Program-made: the position numbers and the translations under genes
Part shown: positions 38,765 to 51,670 of the stretch, piece by piece
Layout: each line of letters starts with the position of its first letter
Position numbering within the stretch: the stretch's first letter is position 1
DNA from: Lama glama
Lineage: Eukaryota
DNA: 60,000 nt
NCBI GenBank assembly: GCA_028534125.1
Contig: CM052817.1
Location: 6,698,001-6,758,000 of the forward strand
Direction: 5' to 3'
Notes under the pieces: generated by a model
Database searches by the model: none
Seen by the model: the letters and a program-made list of their open reading frames with translations, nothing else
What the model was told of the DNA's origin: nothing

Positions 38765-38779
38765 GCTGCCCTCTGGAGG
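38765..38779 (-). promoter_or_regulatory. Candidate CTCF motif
   Basis: Reverse complement CCTCCAGAGGGCAGC matches the CTCF core; motif match only. Confidence 0.4.
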
Positions 38780-40787
38780 TAATATTCTCTTTTTAGTCCA
38801 AGTGTCACCTTGTGTGCGTGTGTCTTGCTTAGAAAAGCTAGACTCTGTGGGTTGGTTTAGCAAGAGGAAGATGTACATTGATTTCCTTCACACGGTGGTA
38901 GCCATGTGGGACTTCAGCCCAAATGCAGTGCCTGCCTTCCTTTCCCTCCCTCCCTCATTCTTCTTCTCTTCACTCATGCAAGAAGGGGCCGCCTCTCTGA
39001 CTGGTGAGCTTGTAGGAAGAGCTGAGCATCCTGGCACAGCCCACTCTCCACATGCATTCTGGTCTGCTCCCGGTGAGGCCCTGCAGGTGAGACCGGGAGT
39101 GTGGTCCATGGTGTGCACCTGTCTACTTCAGGAGAAGCGTTAGCAAGCTGGCCACAGAGCTCAGTCCATGTCCTCCAACCCTGGCTTAACAAGCAACAAA
39201 GCTGACTACATGGGTCTTCGCCTGTCTGATTCTCTTGTCTTTCTTAAGCTTGTTTCCAAACTCAGGAGGAAAGAGGAGTGTTATTGGCAGGCTCCTCAGT
39301 CTCCAGTGGACCTTGATTCTGGCATCAGAGGCATCAAAGAGGAGTGAACAGAGTACCCTTAAGTCAGAACATTGAGTTTATAACAAACACCTGCTTTCCT
39401 TCTGCTTGGACTCTTAGGCTGCCGTCTTGCTGGCTTCGTTTGTGGCAGGGACATGCTTCAGACTGCCAGCTGGAACACACTTACGGTTCCCTGGGGTCCC
39501 GACCTGTAGGTCAGACATACGAGAGCCTGGACTGTCAGAGCCAGTTTTCTGTCTGGGCCTTGCTGGTGCCCCCATGATTCACACCAGGGATGAACGCCCC
39601 TGCTGGAGAAATCATAGCCACGTGTCAGGAGAGGGTGGGAAGGACTCAGAAGGTGATTGCTGCAAGACAGTGGGACCTTGGACAAAGGCAGGGATAGAGA
39701 CAGGGACAAGTGATGTAAAGGTCTTTCTGTCTCTTTAAAGATCACCTTGAAGCTAACTGGGAATCTTGCTCTTCTGCTCATCTTTCTTCTCCCACCAAAA
39801 CAATTCTCTGAATAGACAGTATTTCCGAAGGGTTTAAAGTAAAATTTTCTGAAGTGAATTCCAGGGGAAGAGGGGAGCAGAGACCAGAGACATGCGTTTA
39901 AAACGGGATGGTTTGAACGGGACCCCACTATGTGCTTGTTACAAAACTTAAGCGTCATAAGCATTAGTTACGTCATCTTACAGATTCCAAAATCCTCAGA
40001 GGCTGGAAACAATGTCAAAGATTCTTTGTCCACCAAAGAGAGTTAAGCGCACATGTGAACAGGAACACAGACCCACTGGCTAGCAGCTGCCCTCTGTTAC
40101 CAGATGAGGACCACTTTCCCCTACATTGTGAAAGTAGCCTTCAGAAGGATATTGGAGACCATCCGCATCAGCTCAGTCAGTGTGCAGCAACCTGACCTGG
40201 GGTCTCCCCAGGGGTATGGTCAAAGCCAATGGAAGAATCAGATTCCCTGGGTCCAAACCAAGGCCCCTTTGACTTTCCGTATCTGCTAGAAAGTAAAATG
40301 TGGAGATCATACTTCGCATTAAGTAACATTAAATTTCATACTGAGCTTCTATATTTTTTAACATGACTCTGAAATTTCTTATGCAATTCTTGATTATATA
40401 TCTTTGTATGATTTAATGTTTAGCTAAAAGATTTCATCAAAGTATAGTTGCAGAAAAAGTTTAACCAATGAATGAGGAAAATGTAAATAAACCGTCACTT
40501 GGGAATAATCAAGGTAGAAAAGATTGATCTTTTTGCTGGGATAGTTTGTTCATTTAGAGAAATCTTTTATAAAGGGCAATAATAATTTCTATTTGGTTGT
40601 AAATGATAATAGAAAAAAACCATTAGCCTTTCATCTAAGGATTCAGACAGAAGATCTGAGATGCATAGGGCTCCAAATTATGGCATTACACTGTCAAAAG
40701 AATGTGTGTCTTGATCTTTCTACACAGAATTCCCTCCATGACCCCATTCTCTTCTTGTCTGTCATTCCATTTCTCCCATTTTCCCTC

Positions 40788-40990
40788 CTTTTAAAAATCA
40801 TCACGCAGTAAAATGGACTTATTTTGGTGTACAGGTTTACGGACTTTAACACATGTATGGATTTGTTTAATCACCACCAAATCAGAATTCAAAACAGTCC
40901 TATCATCTAGAAAACTCCTATGTTACCCGTCTGTAGTTATACCCTCCCCGAGCCCTAATACCCAGCAACCACTGATGTAGTCCCTTCTCT
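40788..40990 (-). mobile_element. L1MC/MD-type 3' end
   Basis: ttggtgtacag...tttaacacatgtatggatttg...caccaccaaatcaga...gcaaccactgat. Confidence 0.8.
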
Positions 40991-41339
40991 GCTTTCCTAA
41001 ATTTAAAAATAATATGAACTGAGTCTACAAAGTCTGTTAAAAAATCCTAAAAAGATAGGGGATATTCCAGAAATGCACATCAACCAAAGTCTAAAAGAAT
41101 TAGGTTAATTTTGCAAATCTTCTACTAGATTTTCGCAACCAGACATCCCCTTTCCCAATTTCTCCCAAGGATGCTCCACGATTACTACTATTCGAGATGT
41201 GCTGAGAGAGGCCAGCTCACTGCACACGACGGATGCCTTAGGGTGTCAGGGCTTACTTCTCTTGCAGAACCAACTGCAAAAACCTGCAAGATTTATTATT
41301 AAATAGTTAGAAACTCATATTAAAATAATTGCCATGCAG

Positions 41340-41775
41340 GCCAAATATGCAGGTAAAGATTTATGTACAAGGAGATTCATGAAAGAATGAAAAATTGGAA
41401 AGAACTTACATGTCCAACAAAAGGGCAGGCCGTTAATAAAATATGATATTTATAATGGTAAAAATTCTTTGCAGTTATTAAAATAAAATCTTAAAATATT
41501 ACACAAGATAAAATGTGCTCATGATATATTGTGATAGACTTTATTTTTTGGAGACCAGGTATTTATTGAGACAGAAGTATCTAAATACACTGTGAAGTGA
41601 AGGACGTGTACAGTTCAGTGAGTGAAAACAGGCATTGTTGGTGCATGTAAAATGTACGTCTAGTGGTGATCTTTGCAGAGACTTATGAATGAGTATTATT
41701 TTGTTCTTTATATCTTTTTGTTTTGTTTTGTTTTGTTTTCAAATGTTATGTAATGAAGCATGGCGATCTTTATTT
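41340..41775 (+). mobile_element. L1ME-type 3' fragment
   Basis: tatgtacaaggagattcat, aaaaattggaaa...atgtccaaca, aataaaatatgatat. Confidence 0.65.
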
Positions 41776-41779
41776 TTTC

Positions 41780-42166
41780 AACATGTCAACTTGTCCATTG
41801 TTAGCCCCACTTATTTAGTTGAACACTAATCTAGATGTTGCTATGAATGCATTTTGTAGATGTGATTAAAGTCCATAATCAGTTGACTTTAAGAGAGGTT
41901 CCCCTAGTTAATCTGGGTGGGTCCACTGAATCAATTGAAAGACCTTAAGAGCGGAGCGGAGGGTTCCCAGAGGAAAAAATTCTCATTGTAGAATATCTCC
42001 AGCTCCTGCCTGAAAGTTCCAGACTGCCCTTGTCACCTGTCCTGTAGATTTTGGACTTGCTTAGCCAGTCCTCACAACTACACACACCAATACCTACAAT
42101 AAATCATCTCCTATCATGTATTTCTCCTACTGCTTCTGATTGTCTGGTTGAACCTTGACTGATATA
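41780..42166 (+). mobile_element. MLT2D-like ERVL LTR
   Basis: tgtcaacttg...aacactaatctagatgttgct...gatgtgattaaagtccataatcagttgactttaag...aaccttgactgatata. Confidence 0.88.
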
Positions 42167-42219
42167 ATGGACTAGGAACCACGTATGCAATCACTCAGGT
42201 GTTGCTCACTATTATTCTC

Positions 42220-42676
42220 TGTGATGTTTTGAGTTCTCCCTAGAAGCTGACCTTTAGAAGACAAGGAGTTTATTCAAAAGGTGATCCCAGACAGTACAAG
42301 TAGTGGAGAGGGGAAGTAAGACAAGGAAAGGAAATCAGCAAATAAATGTTAGATTATCAAGCAAGTTAACCCTGTGGGCAATTAAAGAATGCAGTTGGGG
42401 AATTCTGGAACACAGGGTGAATTGCTTCAGGGTTATCTCAACCGAGCGGTGAGTGCGAATGAGTGCTTTCCCACCAACTCTTCAGCCATTATTGGGTAAG
42501 GAGGCTCTGGGGGCATTCCCTCTGCTGCACTCAGGGCTTGCTCTGCTCCTAAGCACAGGACTCGCTAGCTTAGAAAAAAGATCCAGAAGGCAGTTGCGAT
42601 GATGGTCTCTGTGGGTCTTCATTAAAGGCGGAGGCTGAGCAGAAGTTTCTGGGGAGCATTAGTGGCATTTGCTGCA
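42220..42676 (-). mobile_element. LTR16-like ERVL solo LTR
   Basis: agaagctgacc...agtttatt...ggtgatcccag...ctgtgggcaa; TG...CA ends; flanks ttctc and ttttc. Confidence 0.7.
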
Positions 42677-42681
42677 TTTTC

Positions 42682-42790
42682 CTCATTTTTACAGATGAGG
42701 AAACTGAGGTCGAGCAGTTAATTAACTTACATAAGGTAAAACAGATGGTAAGACTCAAAATAGATGTGTCTTCAAAACCCTCTTAAATGT
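42682..42790 (-). mobile_element. MIR core fragment
   Basis: cattttacagatgaggaaactgagg. Confidence 0.85.
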
Positions 42791-43291
42791 TTAGAACATA
42801 TAAGAAATAAATTCCTTGCCCATGGCGATATCCATGTCAACAGAGACTTAGGTCACAACAGCCTTACTGTTCATTTTGTTGGGTCACACCACATTCTAGG
42901 AGTGCAGGCAATGCCTGTTTCCCTTTGAATTAACTCAGCTTCTCATATATCTCAGCCTCCAGCTTCTCTCTTTCCCTTTTGGTAAACACCTCAGAGTGTG
43001 CCTTGAGCATCTTAGCAGAGGCGGGAGAAGTCTGCAGTTGGAAGAGCGGGCATCTGGGTGATGCTTCACAATGAGGACCTGACAAGAGTATTGCACATAT
43101 TTTATTTCTCCCTCTGTCTTTTCACTTAGCAGGACCTTTATTTTGCCATGATTTTCTCTAACACTGTGCTCATCCACATCATTCTGGTAACATCTAAGCA
43201 AATCTTTCATCACCGTGTGAGACATTTGCAGCACCTTTCTGAGGAATATGCAAGATACCATATGGAAGGAAAATGTGGAGGAGAAAAAAAT

Positions 43292-43520
43292 GACATTAGA
43301 GACCTACTGTGTGCTGTACACTAGATAATGCACCTTCAATATTTAATCTTATTTAATAAGGTGAGTATTATCATTTCCATTATAGAGGTGAGGAAACTGG
43401 AGCTCAGGGAGACTGGACATCTTCATCAGGATATGCCGCTAACAAGAGGCTGAGCTGAGATTCAAACCCATGACATTCATCTTCACTGCAAGTGTTCCAG
43501 CAAGCTACACACAGTGCCTG
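43292..43520 (-). mobile_element. MIR SINE
   Basis: tattatcatttccattatagaggtgaggaaactg...gagctgagattcaaaccca. Confidence 0.8.
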
Positions 43521-43929
43521 ACCCAAAGGGATCTGCTGACGGATGACAAACCAAGTTATACAAGAGATACAGGACGGTAGGGAAGATGCCAGAAGGGTGA
43601 CCTGGGTCATTACCAAAGGAATAATTCAAGCAAGTGTGTCATGAGTTTTCTATTAAGGGATCTAAGGAACATCTTTGCAGAGAAAGTGGAACTTAATCAG
43701 TGAGTGCAAAAATGGTAAGTGAGCAAGGTGCAGAGAGGCCAGGAGCGGATGTGCAATTGAGTCATGGTGTGTTTTTGTTGGGTCCAGATGTTGCATGTGT
43801 GCACACCCTTCCTGGCTCGAGCAGTTGTAATCCCAGCTCACACAGTGGCTCTTCTCTGAAGCCTTCCTGTGTCTCCTGATGGAGGGGTTCTTGCTTCATC
43901 TGTGTTCCAGGAACATTCTCTCACAACTT

Positions 43930-44125
43930 GTAGCACAACAGTTTAGAGTGAGGGCTCTGAAACCGAGATCTACTGCCTGGATTAAAATCTGGGATCGACC
44001 TCCTCCTAGTTGTGACCTTGGGTGACTTATTCAGCAAACCCATGACCTGTTTTTCTCACATGAAAAGTGGATAACAATGGTACTTGATCATAGGGATGCT
44101 CTAAAATTAGAAGCTTGGCATGATC
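43930..44125 (+). mobile_element. MIR SINE
   Basis: gggctctgaa...gcctggattaaaatc...tgtgaccttggg...gaaaagtggataacaat. Confidence 0.75.
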
Positions 44126-44133
44126 TTCTAGAC

Positions 44134-44365
44134 CTGTGGCTCCCAGCTGGCGGTGATTTTGTCCATCAACAGATATTTGAGACTATCTGGAGATATTTTG
44201 GTTGTCACAGTTGGGGAGGGGGTTGCTATTGGCAACTAGTGGGTAGCGGCCAGAGATACTGCTAAAGTAAACATCCTGCAATGCACAGAGCAGTCTCCTC
44301 CCCAGTCACTCAACAAAGAATCATTTGGTCTAAAGTGTTAATGATGTTGAGTTTGAGAGATACTG
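44134..44365. mobile_element. MER20 (hAT-Charlie), full length with 8-bp TSD
   Basis: tctggagatattttggttgtcaca, tagtgggtagcggccagagatactgctaaa; TSD ttctagac and tcctagac. Confidence 0.92.
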
Positions 44366-45074
44366 TCCTAGACCGTGGGCTTTCTGTGAACCGACAGTGT
44401 GCCGGCTGTGTAGGTATCTCTGTATTCATCATACCTCCTAGTAGGATTTCAGTGATGTTCGTTAATTTTCAGGAACTCGCCCGTCAGCTGTAGAGCGGCT
44501 GATTAAAGTGACAAGTCACAATGGAAGTCATAATCAATCCTTTAATCACTTACTGCAACGGGTCCAAATCAGTAGCTGCTGGCTTCCCCTATTTGGTTTC
44601 CACCCGCCACGAAACACCAGCCCAGGTCAGATGGGTCACATAAATGGGGTGGGGGGTGTTGTTTCACTGCAGAGGGAGCCCCAAACGAAAGGCTCCTACA
44701 GTCTATGGACCAGGGATCAGGAGGGAGATGAAAGGGGGAGAGCTGAGAGTGGAAGGGAATCTGAGCACTGACTCAGAGTGTGGAACAGTGTCTTCAAGGT
44801 CTCCCCTTACTTCTCAAACGATGCCTTGACAGAAGTGCTTGAAAGGAACTTTGGCCCAAGGCCTCAGATACAGAGACCTAGGGGTGAAGGTGCCTGGACC
44901 AGGAACGCAAATATGCAAAAAGCATGCCCGGCCAGAGGGCCCTCAGTCTTGGCTGCAGATTTCACATTGCCCTGGTTGTGCTCAGACTCTGGTGTGGGGA
45001 GGGCAGCTTTCCTCTGTAAGGCCGGACAGGTAAAGCTTTTATAATTGCATTCATTCTTTATAATTATAGTGCCT

Positions 45075-45562
45075 TTATTTTTCCCAGATTTACTGAGTTA
45101 TAGTTGACAAAAGTTGGCTATATTTAAAGTGCACAATGGGATGTTTTGCTACACATATAGATTGTGAAATGATACCACAATCTAGTGAGTTAACATATCC
45201 ATCACCTCATATAGTTACTTTTTTTTGGAGAGATAAGTTAAGATTTACTTTTGCAGCAAATTCTAAGTACCTAATACACTACGACTAGGCATAGTCACTG
45301 TGCTGTACATTAGATCTGCAGACCTGCTCAACCTGCACATCTCAAACTTTGTACCTTTGACTAACGTTTCCCCATTTCCCCCCACTTCCCAGGCCCTGGT
45401 AACCTTCATTCTACTCTCTGCTTCTAAGAGTTCAACATTTTTACATCCCACATGTAAGTGAGATCACGCAGTACTTAGTTTTCAGTGTTTGGCTTATTTC
45501 ACTTGGCGTGATGTCCCTCAAGTTCATCCACGTTGCTGCGAATGACAGCATTCTTCCCAGCT
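45075..45562 (-). mobile_element. L1MA-type 3' end
   Basis: ttaacatatccatcacctcatatagttac, tgctgtacattagatct, ccacatgtaagtgagatca. Confidence 0.92.
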
Positions 45563-46034
45563 GCCCAGTCCACAGGGCCCTTAAAATTGTAGGTTTTTGC
45601 CTGGGAGCTGGATTCCTCATGAATGAAATAGTCAGTAGAATTATATATCTTATAGGAAGATAATTCTAACCAAAATGTATATGAGTAGGTATATACTTGA
45701 AATAAGATCCCACTTAGCCACCACAAATGGTAATAACCAGTTCTTGGGGCTTTGTTAACTATTTTGCATAATAGGAAGATAAAGCAATCAACATACATTT
45801 CTATCATGACTCTAAAATTTTTGACTGAACACATTATGTATTTTTTCCTGACCTAAGGTAGCATGGGAGGCCATTTGAGATTGATTCTAGCAAATGGACC
45901 ACACGCGCTCATTTTTAGGGGGCAGAGTTTGTTTATAACTAAACTCAAGTCCAGTAAAAATGCTGTATTAATGTGAAAACACTATAGTGAAAAATTCTGA
46001 AACTGTAACGTAATCACCCTTTGATGAGAGCTAG

Positions 46035-46310
46035 CCTAGAGTAGGATTTAAGAAGGGGGCTCTGGAGCTAGACTGGCTGGGCATGACCCTAAAATGCTGG
46101 CTCTGACATCCATAAGCTGTGTGACTTTGGGAAAATCACTTGGCTTCTCTGTGTCTAATTTTTCTCACCCATAAAATGGGGATAATAATGATGATGATAA
46201 CAATAGCAGAAACAATATGGCTGCTTGTGAGGTTTCAGTGTGTTAATTTCTGTAAAGTTCGTAGGAGGAGGACTCACATGATGTAAGCCCTATAGAAATG
46301 TCTGCTGTTC
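46035..46310 (+). mobile_element. MIR SINE, full length
   Basis: ggctctggagctagactggctggg...agctgtgtgactttggg...taaaatggggataataat. Confidence 0.9.
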
Positions 46311-47034
46311 CAAGATTGCTGTGGTGTCCGGGAAGTCTCTGGCCAGAAGTCACTATCAGGCTGTCCTGAAGATAAGGAAGTTAGTCCAGCAAAGCAGACA
46401 GTGATGGGCACGCCAGGTGGAGAGAATGCAGCGTGTGCTTAGAGCTTGAGGTGAGAACGTACCCCCGGCAGGTTGACTGAAGATTTCAAGGATACTGACA
46501 CGGGAGGAGCCCGAGAAGAAAGCAGGTGGTGAGTCTTCCATGTCAGAGGAGAGCTTAGAATTCTGCCGTAAATAAACAGACCGTTAATGACGGGCTGTAA
46601 CAGGTGACTGCGAGGCTCATCATTTTCCTGACTTTTTCTCACCTGCTCCTCATGCTCCAGGCTCCACCATGACAGCTGTGCACTCACGTTTGACACGAGC
46701 ACTGGATCCTCTGATATCGTTTGCAGTTTCTCGCCTCTGACAAGACTCAAATTTGCAGCCCTGGTTACTGCTGCCACTAGCTACAAAAATGTGGTTTTTT
46801 CTGTTAGGCTGCTGCCCTGGGAGTGGAACATGCCGCCTTGGGGCAAGGGAAAATTAAGGCTTCCAGAGTTTCTCTCCACTAAAATGATATGGTTCTTCTC
46901 TTCTCATACGCAATGCAAAATAAAATTTTATTAGTTTGAATTTCTGAAATAAATTACTCTTTTAAAACAAATGTCCTAGGTGCACAATTCTAGAGAAATG
47001 TGTTTTTATTTATTTGCTTACTTACTTGTTTATT

Positions 47035-47555
47035 TTTTATTAGGATTTAATTGAAATATAATATTGTAGATTTCAGGTACATCTGTCGATTATATATATA
47101 TATGTTTATCAATTATATTTATATATATACATATATAATTACCACCATGGTGTTAGCTAACACCTCTATCAAGTCATATAATTATCATTTCTTTTTTGTG
47201 GTCAGATCAATCAAGATCTAGGCTCTTAGATACTCTGAGGTTTATAGTGCAGTATTGTTACCTATAATCACTATGCTGTGCACTAGATCTTCAGACCATA
47301 TTCATCTTCTGGTAGTAAATTCGTACCATTTAAGGACATCTCTCCCATTCCCCGACTCCCCAGCCCCTGGTGACTGCCTTCTATGTATTCTCTGTTTCTA
47401 CAAATTTGGCTTTTTTAGATTCCACATGTAAATGATACCTCACAGTATTTGACTTTCTCTGACTGCTCTCACTTCGCCTAATGACCTCAAGGCCCATCAA
47501 GGTAAAAACAAAACACACAAATGGAAGGATACCCAGCGTTCATGGCTTTAGACAA
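47035..47555 (-). mobile_element. L1MA-type 3' end with a short opposite-strand ORF2 fragment at 47505-47555
   Basis: ctatgctgtgcactagatct, ttttagattccacatgtaa; then aaatggaaggatacccagcgttcatgg on plus. Confidence 0.8.
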
Positions 47556-47849
47556 GTTTATTGACCTTGAATTCCTCTCTCTTCTCTAATGCCTGCTTTG
47601 CTTGCAATTTAAGCATATGTTTAGCTTTAATTGATAGAAAAGCCCGGCCAGACTTTACAATTTTCTTAATCAGCTCAAAAAATAATTGGACACCCCAGCC
47701 TCCAAAAAAGTACGCTGTGGGTTGTACCTTGCAGAATCAGTGGAAGAGCAGAGCAGAGAGTGGGAACAGAGTGAGGCATGACTAGTGGCTACGATCACGA
47801 ATGTCAGCAGTGGTCCTCACACCCACATACCTGGCAGCCCCAGCACCCA

Positions 47850-49370
47850 TAGCTCCTGACTTCCTGGGTGTTACCACGGATGTCATCCACGGCCAGTCCC
47901 TCCACAGTTACCCAGTGTCCCACCACCAAGTCAAGGACTTGCTCCAGCCTGTCTCCCTTCCCCCTCCTGCATAGTTAAACATTCCTGTCTCCATCATTCC
48001 TATCAGCATGCAAGCCTTCTGCAGCATGTCTTTTCTTAAAAACAAAGCAGAACCCAAAACAAAACAAGCAACAGTAACAACAAAACATTCTCCTGACCAT
48101 GTTCTCTCTAACAGATACCAGCCTCTGCAGTAAAATGCCTTGAAAACATTGCCCTTCCTTCCTGTAATGATTCCTGCTCTCTTTCTTATGCAGCCTTTGC
48201 TTCATCTCCCCATCCTCCTGATGCTCTCAGCGCTAAAACTCATCCAGTGGTCAGTTTGCAAGACACAGCTCTTTGACCTCTCAGCACCATTGGACATAGT
48301 CAATCTCTCCCTCTTTATTGAAAAATCTTACCTCACATGGCCTCCTACAGCCTTTTCCTGGTCTCCCTTCTGTCTCCAGTGGTGGTTCTTCCACAGTTGA
48401 CTTTGTTCCTCCCCAGCCTGTTCGCCCTGCCCACAGTTCCACTCTTGAACTTGGGCCTTCTCTTTTCACACTTACTCCCTTGTTGCTCTCATTCATCCAT
48501 CTAATTTTTTTAATGCCACCTAGATACTTATGGTGATGAATTATTTAAGCCTAGCCCCAATTCTAGACTTCTACATCCAACTATCTACTTGAAATTTCTG
48601 CGTGGAAGTCTAATTGTCAGTTCATACTTATCACTGTCACATTTGACTCCTGGTCTCTCCTCCATGACTTGCAGTCTATCCCATCTCAGTTAATGGCAAT
48701 TCCACCCTTCTGGTGCCCAGGCCAGTCTTTTTGGAATTATTTAGGTTCTTTCTCTCATTTCCCCTCATTTAAATCCTTAGGGAATCCTTTTGATTTCTGT
48801 CTTCGGAAGATACATCGAGGGTCTGGTCCTCCCCTCCTCCACTGCTCCACCCATTTTTGAGCCACCATCCTCTCCTGCCGGAGTTACTGCAGTCGCCTCT
48901 AACTGATCTCCCGGTTTTCACTGATTTCATTTATTTCCTTTCATTTCATAACCTGGCCCCCCTATGGGTTATCCTCAGCACTGCACTGCCAGAGGGATGC
49001 TTTTAAAGACAACATCGCTCACTGCTGAAAAGCCTCCAGTGACTCCTCATCTTACACAGAGTAGAAGCCAAAGCCTTTGCAACGTCCGAGACTCTATGCG
49101 ATCTAACCGCCCTGTTACCTTCCTGATCTTATCTTCCTACTATTTCTTCACTTACTTGCTCCAAACTCCTTGGCCTCCACGTTCCCCAAACTCACCAGGC
49201 AGGTTTCCATCTCTGCTTTAGAACTTGGGTTCCACTTGGCCCACATATCCTCACAGCTACCTTCCCCTCCCCTCCAAGGCTCTGCTCACCTGTCGCCTTC
49301 TAATGATCCTCTGATCCACCTACTTCAGATCGAGTTTCCTGTCCTCTCATCCCAGCCTGCACCTCCTGTT
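47850..49370 (+). mobile_element. L2 LINE with decayed RT motif
   Basis: Translation LFDLSAPLDIVNLSL in the 48140-48400 ORF resembles L2 LLDLSAAFDTVDHSL; gccagagggatgcttttaaa; atccaactatctacttga. Confidence 0.85.
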
Positions 49371-50203
49371 GTTGTGACTCCCGTGGTGGGCTGAATAAAA
49401 TCTCCCCAGAGAGTTGTTGCTATTCAGGGACTTCCAGGGACGTGCTTCTTACACAGTGATTTTGCAAGAAACTGTTTGCTGTCTCCAAACCCACTTTGGG
49501 GTGCAAGATGACAAATTTAACAGCTTTTAGCTCATATAAAAGTAATGAGGTGATCGGGGAGCACTTTGTACCTGGGAAGCACTATCTAAATGCCTCATAA
49601 GAATGATATTCAGAGCCAGGCATCCTTTTAAGAGCTGTTACACTTCGGTCGCTCTCCAGTCGCATTACTCTTGTGAAAAATAAAACATTACTCGTCCACT
49701 GGAGAACAGGGCGTGCAGCCTGTTGGTTGACCAGACAGATTGCTTTTAAGAGGTGGCAGGACTTCTAAAATCACATTCTTTTCTACCACATTTCTTTTTT
49801 TACCATTCTATTTCACCCCGGTAAAGTTTCTGACGATTTTCCACAACCAAATTGTTTCTAGACAACCTATTAAATGCAAAGCTATGCAAGCTCATTGTCT
49901 ACAGTCTTTTTTCGTTCTTACATATAAACGAATTCACATATCATTTGTGAGATTTTACAGTCAACAACTGGTTGTGTGTGTGTGCCCACACTGAATGGCT
50001 TTTCTATGAGTTACCACACTTCCCTTCACATAGCGTCACCATCCTCGGGAGCTGATGGGGTCTTTAGGAGCCATTTTGTCCAACCCCCTTATTACAGAGA
50101 TGAGAAATCTGCCCAGAGTGGTTAAATGACTTGCCCAAGGTCATACTAGTTAATGGCAGATGCTCATGGGTGGTCACCAACTGTCTCTGCAACATGAGAA
50201 CCC

Positions 50204-50285
50204 TTTTTTTTAAATTTGCTTTTATTGAAGTATAGTTTGTATTAATTTCTGGTGTATAGCATAGTGGTTCCGTTTCATATATTTG
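50204..50285 (-). mobile_element. Very short young L1 3' end
   Basis: T-tract then ttttattgaagtatagt...aatttctggtgtatagcatagtg. Confidence 0.75.
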
Positions 50286-50500
50286 GGCCCATTATTTTCT
50301 GGGCCTTTTTCCCAGAAAGGTGATAAGGGAGGGCTCACTGATGATAGTGACAGTGAAGGTAGAGAAAAGACAACAGATCAGAGAGACATTCAGGAGGATC
50401 TGGTTACTCCTTATCATGACGGCTTGAAGCCCTACCTCCCCTCCAGAAGGATATGATTGACATGATGAAAATAATAATGCTGTGGGGAAAACATGCCGAC

Positions 50501-50506
50501 AGATAC

Positions 50507-50548
<42 letters not shown>
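50501..50548. repeat. (GATA)n microsatellite
   Basis: Read directly. Confidence 0.97.
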
Positions 50549-51670
50549 TCTATGAAAGTCTTTTAAGGTTCCTTCATACCAGGTCTTTGGAAAAAAGGCC
50601 AGAGGGATACCCTATGATAGTCTATCTGAAACAATGACAGCATTAAAAGGAAAAGTTGGTGGTAGAAACTAGCTTGGGTTCTCGTGTGGCAAACTGACGA
50701 AGCAGTGGACTCAATACCCCACGTCCTGTAGCCATTTGTCCCTGGCATTCCATCATGTGGGCCCTTCCCGCTGTGGCTTCACCACAGTTCTTGCCACAAC
50801 CTCATTATAAAAAGTTAAGTGCTGTTCTGAGACGGCATATTTGCCTACGTCGGCTCTGTAGGATCTTGTTCCTGATTAAAGGGCCTGTTGCTGCCAATCC
50901 TCCGGGGAGGCGGCTGCCACTGAAGGCACGATGATCATTTTTTATGCATCAAGGAAGGCACAAGAAGCTTCAAACCATAATCATTTCCATAAACATAGAC
51001 AAGCCGTAAATTGTGACTGATAACAAATTAAACTATGTTCCTCAGTAATTATATTTTAGAGATTGCGCACCACATACCCAAACACAATTTTAAACTCAGA
51101 AAACTGTAATTGCATGCTTAGTGCTTAGCACTCTTTGTAGGTTTTGCTTAGCATGAGTTAGTCCAAGGAAATTGATTTCCTGGGCACATCACGAGAAGGT
51201 TCATGAGGCCATTGGCATGGCTTTCCCCACAGTATTATCATTTTCATCATGTCAATCATATTCTTCTGGAGGGGAGGTAGGTCTTCAAGCCATCATGATA
51301 AGGATTAACCAGTTACTCTTGAATGTCTCTCTGATCTGTTGTCTTTTCTCTGGAGCCCTCTCCCATATCTCCTTTCCGGAAAATGTCCACTGCCTCCCGT
51401 TGGTCCCTTTGTCTGCAGTCTCACCCTCCATAGCGCTGTTATAACAAAGTCTATTGACCATGACCTTGAATAAAAAAAAAATGACATCACAGTCTTACAT
51501 ACCCACACACACACACACCAGACAGAAAAGAAGTTTCGCAGTGCAGTATTTATGGCTAGTTTTCTCATCCTTATAGACTGTGAAGGCTTTTTTAGAAGTT
51601 GGTGAGATCAGAGCAGCGGGGACTTCCACAGAGATGTCTGTGGTGGGTCCTGAGACAGGACCCAAGACGG

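Noticed and set aside
39458..39964. 168-aa minus-strand ORF
   Set aside because: No recognisable domain, Ser/Leu-rich composition typical of non-coding DNA, and no splice context.
42935..43261. 108-aa minus-strand ORF with protein-like composition
   Set aside because: No family recognised and no supporting splice or promoter signals on that strand.
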